DNA of 64,000 nt, from the NCBI GenBank assembly GCA_964016885.1, contig OZ024740.1, positions 161,138,001 through 161,202,000 of the forward strand. The letters run 5' to 3'. The translations under genes were made by a program, and so were the position numbers. Numbering within the stretch: position 1 is the first letter of the stretch; each line of letters starts with the position of its first letter. Below the pieces are notes generated by a model, which saw only the letters and a program-made list of their open reading frames with translations, was not told the DNA's origin and ran no database searches. Origin of the DNA: Eledone cirrhosa. Taxonomy: Eukaryota. Of this stretch, positions 57,066-64,000 are shown one piece after another.

Positions 57066-57740
57066 ATGGATGGACCATTATTTTTGTGATACTGGTAAAA
57101 ATGGTGTACATTATTCGATATTTTCAGTCATTTGCAAAAACGATTCTCTCAAAAGAACATAAAAAATATCAATAATAAAAGAGGTGAAATGATGCATTGT
57201 ATTGTCATAACACCAAGGTGTGTTTGAGTGTCCAGATTGTACGTACTGCAAGGGGCATCCATTAGGCCCTGCCGTATGGGATACTTGTGTACAAATAGGT
57301 ATGTGGATAGAAATGTATGTAGGATGTATGCTGATGTAGGTATGTTGACGTGTGTATGTTGTGGGTTCGTCTTAGGGAGAAGTGTTTAGACGGGCTCCGT
57401 ATTTGTTAATAAAGTGAGATTCCTTGGTGATGCGCTGGGTGTGGGTGGCATTATTTATAATACTTATTCACGTGACATTCAACAACCAACCAAATCTTAA
57501 TACCTCTGGAGCCACCTTTTTCACATAAAACAGGAAGAATTTCCAAAATTGATCAGATTAGAGCAAACATCACGAACGCTCTATCTGAAAATTATTTTTG
57601 AAAAGCATTAGAAATGCGCAACCGGTAAAAACTTAAAACTAAAACTGAACGCTAACCAATACTTATTGCTAATTTATACGTATTCCTAATTAAACTATTT
57701 TTCACTGTAAAAAATTTGTCAGCATTTTCTTTTCCTTTTT

Positions 57741-57745
<5 letters not shown>
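56280..57745. mobile_element. Truncated PLE remnant with ~280-nt inverted pseudo-LTRs carrying U3-A8 hammerhead variants
   Basis: 56313-56592 is the reverse complement of 57460-57740; KWCTL..NINNKRGEMMHC at 57095-57205 resembles a decayed PLE endonuclease C-terminus; motif TTGAAAA-GCAT-tagaa-ATGC-GCAA-CCGG-TA at 57598-57627. Confidence 0.65.
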
Positions 57746-57792
<47 letters not shown>

Positions 57793-58623
57793 AAAGTGAT
57801 AAAGGTGCTGTGTGGTTACTAATAAATATTGTTTAGAAAACGTATGAGTAGCACGAACATAAGGACAATTCCCGCTCTTCGGGTGTCTGCTGTGGGTCGC
57901 TGATGTTTCAATGCATTAAATACAGTACATCTCACCACAGTGATTAATAACTAAGAGGTATAGTTATTAGGGAAGAAAACAACAAAACAAAAAACACTGA
58001 GGATAGCGAAGAGAACCACAGAAAAAGAAAATAAACAGAAGAAAATCATACCGATAGAGAGGGGGAAACACGAGACAGTCGTGCATGTAAGTTGCAGTAA
58101 CCAATGAGGGAGAAGATAAAAAGGAGACCGAGCGTAAGCCCTGAATCCGTATTAACAGCACTAGAGAGAGTTAAGAGAAAAACGTCTGATCATAGCGAGA
58201 ACAGGTGGAGTGAGGTAACATTTAATCAAGGCTGGAACTTTTCTCCCATGACTCTACACACAACACCTCAACACAAATTAAAATAGACGTAACTTCAGCC
58301 TATTTGTGTTCCTACTCTTCTGCTGCACACATCATTACTTTTCCTATAATTTAACGCGATACCACTTTTCCATCTCACATTCTTCAATGATGCTTTCCTC
58401 TAATTCTCACCTCTACATATGTCCTGCTTAATGAAAAGTTATATATTTAACATTTTCGTTGAATGTGTTTACTATTTATCAACATGATCGTATCGATCGA
58501 AACAGGATTAACTCCGTAAAACTAGACAACAATACAATAATATCCTCTATTTCTTGAAGTATTAAGTAATATTTAAGACTGAATGTAAAAGGAAACCTTA
58601 TTCCTATGAACAAATACACAAGA

Positions 58624-58717
<94 letters not shown>

Positions 58718-59645
58718 TATATATATATACACATTATACACATACTTTCATCAAAGCACTTAAGCTATTGAAAGTGTTTTTAATCGACAATCTATTGAAG
58801 TGGGAATGAAATCAAGATATATAAGCTGTTATGATAACTGAAATTAAAATCTGTCAAAAAATGATAACGGGAAATGTTCTCTCCGTTTAAAAGGCATTGA
58901 TTAAACAGCGAGTTTAACAATACACCATTTCCTTTTCTTGTTTTATGTTTGTAAATTTTATCTTTAAACGAGTTATCTGAATTTACAATAGATACAATAA
59001 TTAATCTACAACCAAGGACAGCTTGAAGTGAGATTTGGCAAGTGGAAAGTTTGGGTTATATCACTACATACATAATAATTTGTAGTGCTAATATTATTAG
59101 GCGGCGAATGTCCAAATTCATTAGAAACTTGGATAGAATGCATATCGGTATTCGTTTCAGTTATCAGTGCTCTCTGAATTCAAAACATTCTGAGGTTAAT
59201 TTTGTCATTCATTCTTTTCGAGGCTGATAATTATAATATCAGTTCAGTACTGGGTCGAAATTTTCTTCCTCTCTATCTCTGTCATTTTCTGAGAGAACTC
59301 GGATGTGTTTATAACTGGAGAGGGATAGGCTCCGTGAATTGTCATAAGTTCAGGGCCAAAATAATTCAAATAAGAGCATTGATAGGAGTGATTTGAAATA
59401 TTGATTTTTAAAAATCTTTCTGATGATGGTGATTATTATTATTAAGTTATGATTGTGAACGTTAGAGAGCGCTCTGGGGACATGGGTTAAGGATGACATT
59501 GAAAGTTTAGAAAAGACGTTAATTTCAAATGGGCTGTAAAGGACCCGCAAGGAAATATGAAAAGAAAATTGACGAAAAAGATAAAACTTGAATAAGGTCA
59601 TGTCATGAATAACACGTCTAACAAAAGGCCGTTCCACATATATAC

Positions 59646-59692
<47 letters not shown>

Positions 59693-60131
59693 CGTGTGTG
59701 GGGGGGGGTGTAGAAATGACTTCTACGGAACTAGAACTTTCATTCGTATGATTCATCAGGAATCTCAGATAAAGTTGGTCAGTCTGATTATCTATAGGTG
59801 TCTATTGGTTGATAGATGAGGGGGAGGTATGTAGGATGGGAATGGACGCGGTGAAGAGGGTGGTAAAATGGAGACGGGCAGATATAGCTTTAATGAAAAG
59901 AAGCAGAAGAGCAGGAAAAAGTCGGATAATTAATTAATAAGAAGGGAATTGGGGCAAGGTATGGGGCAATAGGCATTATCTTTTTGTATCATCTGAAAAT
60001 TATTTGGGATGGCCGCCTTACTTGGCTGGTACGGGTCATTGACCGGTTCCGGAATTTTCAATTCCGTTATTCGCTTTCATGCATTTTAAATCATGCTCAG
60101 ATACACATACTCAAACAATATCGTATATATA

Positions 60132-60229
<98 letters not shown>

Positions 60230-60790
60230 TATGAAGAGAGAAGAAACATTTAGATATAATTAGTAATAAAATGTATCATACCTAAACTGCTCCTAAATTC
60301 CTCGACTACGTAGTTTCGTGGCATAAACAAAAACAATATATCATAAAGATATAGAGTCCTTGCGAGGTCTGCCGACTTATCAAGAGGATACCTCATTTTA
60401 CTAGTCTCAAGAACGCGTCTACACGACGTGAGAAAGAATCCCAAAAGGCGGAGGGGGAGATAGTCACGCGATATAACGGTCGAGAAACAGAGCTAAGCCT
60501 CTGATAACCTCGAAGAAAATACCACGGAGGCGGAGGGGGTATTTATATCGAGGCCGCAGAAGAGGTGGTGAAGAAGGCGAGAAGTATGAGTAATGGAAGC
60601 TTTCCAGCTGTCCCCACACTTCAAAGATTGCTCGACCAGAGGGAGTTATTAACAATATATTTAGAAACACACAGATACATGCGGACACACACATATATAC
60701 ATGAATGCATCCGCACCCAACTGTGTGTGTCCGCATGTATCTGTGTGTTTCTAAATATATTGTTAATAACTCCCTCTGGGAGTGTGTTTC

Positions 60791-60843
<53 letters not shown>

Positions 60844-60849
<6 letters not shown>

Positions 60850-61845
60850 GAAGTTAATATGCCCGTGGGTACTAATTACCCCTGGAAATATATAGGTTGT
60901 CTATGATTTAAGGTTGTTCTATGGTATTAATTTGACATACCAGAACTATAATATTAAGATAAGCAGAACAAACAAAATTCAACCGCTTTTTAAAAAAATA
61001 AATTTTTTTAAATATAATTTAAATATTTACCTATTCTTTTGGCCCTTACCGATCGGTTTCGCTTTGTAAAACACCAGAAATCCAATGGATTTCCAATGGA
61101 AAATAAAAGCTCATGAGAGAAGCATTTTCCTTTCCTAGGGCTAAAGACCCAGGAACGATAAAATATATTGTTATCTGCCAGCTAGCACAGATTCGAAAGG
61201 CCGAAAAATGACCTGTACGTGAACTACCCGAGGTGACAGCGGGAAGAGCATAGACGTGTTGTCTATCTCGTTACTAAAAATAGCAGCTAAATATAAACAA
61301 CAGATTTGTTCTCAACATATATTTTAAAATTATTTTTAAAAAATTGGTTGAATTTTGCTTGTTCTGCTTATCTTAATATTATAGTTCTGGTATGTCAAAT
61401 TAATACCATAGAACAACCTTAAATCATAGACAGCCTATATATTTCCAGTGGTACTTAGTACCCACGGGCATATTAACTTCTTCTATTAATATGCTCCGTT
61501 ATGTTGAGAACAAATCTGTTGTTTATATTTAGCTGCTATTTTTAGTAACGTCTATGCTTCTCCCGCTTTCACCTCGGGTAGTTCACGTACAGGTCATTTT
61601 TTGGCCTTTCGAATCTGTGCTAGCTGGCAGATAACAATATATTTTATCGTTCCTGGGTCTTTAGCCCTAGGAAAGGAAAATGCTTCTCTGATGAGCTTTG
61701 ATTTTCCATTGGAAATCCATTGGATTTCTGGTGTTTTACAAAGCGAAACCGATCGGTAAGGGCCAAAAGAATAGGTAAATATTTAAATTATATTTTTTTT
61801 AATTTTTTTTTTTTAATTGCTTGAATTTTGCTTGTTCTGCTTATC

Positions 61846-61850
<5 letters not shown>
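60844..61850. mobile_element. Retrozyme-like family G: two divergently oriented ~473-nt monomers
   Basis: Plus copy has ttgaattttgcttgttctgcttatcttaatat at 61348 and 61821; minus copy 60844-61319 has the same blocks in a different permutation; (TA)n on both flanks; no ORF. Confidence 0.82.
61684..61762 (+). ncRNA. Type I hammerhead (family G); a copy with G5-to-C change lies at 61043-61121 (minus)
   Basis: TTCT-CTGATGA-GCTTTG...CAAAGC-GAAA-CCGATCGG-TA-AGGG. Confidence 0.9.
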
Positions 61851-61938
<88 letters not shown>

Positions 61939-62147
61939 GAGAGGAGGCACACGAGTTAGGATATATATATATATATATAAATGAAGTAATTTCGTCGGAA
62001 AAGTCCAGGAAAAAAGAGTACTCTATGTAGGTAACAGGGCTTAATAGTTATGTAATAAACAACATAAGGGAATTATTCCATTTACCAGTGGTTTCTTAAA
62101 AGCAAAAGGTTTTTAAAATCCAAATTCAATAAACAGACCAGGATTTT

Positions 62148-62205
62148 TTCATTCTGAGGATTGAAAACAAAATCTTTTGCTTTTAAGAAACCACTGGTAA
62201 ATGGA
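62148..62205 (+). ncRNA. Type I hammerhead in a fold-back remnant (61980-62240)
   Basis: TTCATT-CTGAGGA-TTGAAAaCAAAA-tc-TTTTGcTTTTAA-GAAA-CCACTGG-TA-AATGGA; 62045-62109 is the inverted copy of 62174-62240. Confidence 0.85.
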
Positions 62206-62231
62206 ATACTTGCCTTATGTTGATTATTACA

Positions 62232-62288
<57 letters not shown>

Positions 62289-62358
62289 AGGGAGAAAGAG
62301 ACGATTATGAGGAAGAAAAATATTTTTTTCTTCGTCATAATCGACTCTTTCTCCCTGT

Positions 62359-62425
<67 letters not shown>

Positions 62426-62519
62426 TATGTTCTGTGAACAAAACTATGTGCAGCATTCCCAGGAATAGAAATATCATTAAAAAAATTAAAAGAATTCCCC
62501 AAAAAAACTTCTTCGCTCA

Positions 62520-62745
62520 CTTATTCCTGAAAGGATCGTGGGGGCAGAGTCCTCAAACACTCCTTCAAGTGGGTCCTGCCAGATGTTACCCTCTCTAATT
62601 GATCTGGCTTGATCCCCAAGCGAGACCAACCAAGTTCATGGATGTTATCCAACCATCTTGCTCGTGGTCTGCCCCTGGGTCTCCCACCGGTTGGTTTTGC
62701 TCGTAAAATATGTCCAACGATTCTTTCCTGAGACATTCTAACCGC
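62520..62745 (-). mobile_element. RTE-type LINE extreme 3' fragment
   Basis: RMSQERIVGHILRAKPTGGRPRGRPRARWLD. Confidence 0.7.
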
Positions 62746-62939
62746 CAAAGGAAAATAAAATTACGCCCCATGTCACAGATTATAATTTTTTCTACACATA
62801 AGTGACAACGAAAAAATCCCTTACTTTAGCAAGGAAAAACCGGACCCTAACAATTGTAGTCGAGAATCCGTATGCAGGATTTTTAACAATTTAATCAATT
62901 TAACCTAATAACAAACGTTTTGATTTTTGTCCATGTCTT

Positions 62940-64000
62940 TCTGTCTTGTATGCGTTTTGTATCAACACACGCGCGTGTCAGCGCATGCCTGATGTCTGCC
63001 ACTTTTTCTATCTGTATATATTACTGGTGTTATTGAGGGGACAGACACTACCCTCCTGGATATCAAAAGGACAGAGAGAGAGGACTGGTCTGGAATCGAT
63101 TTGGTGATTCTTCTCCAAATGAAACCGGAGGATATGAATAACATCCCGGATTTGGCCCGCCTACAGGACGGGACAACAATCCAACTAATCATTGACGGAA
63201 GAAGGCCACGCTGCTTCGTCTGCGGGGAAGCAACGCATCTTCAAGCCTTCTGCCCTCAGCGCAAAAATGCAGGGGGTCGCAAACCTCCTTTGTTGCCAAC
63301 GCCAGTGTCAGCACGGAAAGCTGCACCACCACCACCACCAAAAACAACACCAACAAATACACAGACACCAACATCAAAAGCAGCCGGATCACCACCAACA
63401 CCAAAACCAATCCAAGGAGAAAACGAGGAAAGCTCTCCCACTCCCCCCCCCCCATTATACACATAGACAAAACAATAAACGCACACACAGACACAGAGAC
63501 ACTCACAGACACAGACCCTTTGTCTTCCAGCAGCGAACATGAAGGAAAACCCCAAAGTGCAAAAAAACAGAGAAAACTCACAAAAAAAAAAAGCCCCAAC
63601 AAAACACAAAAACATACACAACAAAAAATACAGACACCACTAACGCAAACACTTCCCCAATAACATCATCACCAACAGCAACATCGACACCACCTCCACA
63701 ATCCCCGAAACGCAAACAACCTAAACAAACACAAGTACAAATAAACACACAAATACCTGAAATTGCAGACACCACACCTACAACAAACATAGACATACCC
63801 GAAACAACACCACCAAAACCATCGCCACCACAGACACCAAAACGAATACAAATAAAACCACACCAACAAGATCTTAAAGACTTCGTGCTTGTCAGAAGGG
63901 CCAACGATAAACTGATGGCCCTCTTAGCACGAAGCGAGGACATTCAAACAGAGGGGGAGATTTTTGAAATGAGCACATTTTGCGTGCCAGAAGAAGATTT
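62940..64000 (+). mobile_element. Decayed gag-like ORF1 of a LINE (CCHC zinc knuckle, low-complexity tail)
   Basis: IDGRRPRCFVCGEATHLQAFC = C-x2-C-x4-H-x4-C, followed by a P/T/K-rich region. Confidence 0.65.

Noticed and set aside
60035-60075. Minus-strand hairpin followed by GGAACCGGTC
   Set aside because: No recognisable CUGANGA upstream.

Overview
Repeat-dominated eukaryotic DNA, most likely from a coleoid cephalopod such as an octopus. This is inferred from the (TA)n/(CA)n load and the SINE types and is not provable here. Almost all tracked ORFs are microsatellite artefacts, and no host protein-coding gene is securely identifiable. The window holds decayed non-LTR retrotransposons (CR1/L2-group, RTE, R4/Dong-like, CRE-like, a CCHC ORF1), two tRNA-SINE families, Helitron and hAT-type non-autonomous elements, a mariner relic, and at least five Penelope-like elements (PLEs). 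The main hidden signal is about 20 type I hammerhead ribozyme (HHR) motifs, read by eye, from about 10 sequence families. Most have palindromic stem III and several have large stem II insertions; one family has a compensatory U3-A8 core. Some lie in PLE pseudo-LTRs. Others lie in non-coding, terminally redundant, circularly permuted monomers of about 430-440, 473 and about 740 nt inserted in (TA)n tracts. These look like genomic copies of circular RNAs (retrozyme-like elements) mobilised by the neighbouring PLEs. All folds were paired manually and coordinates of decayed element ends are approximate.
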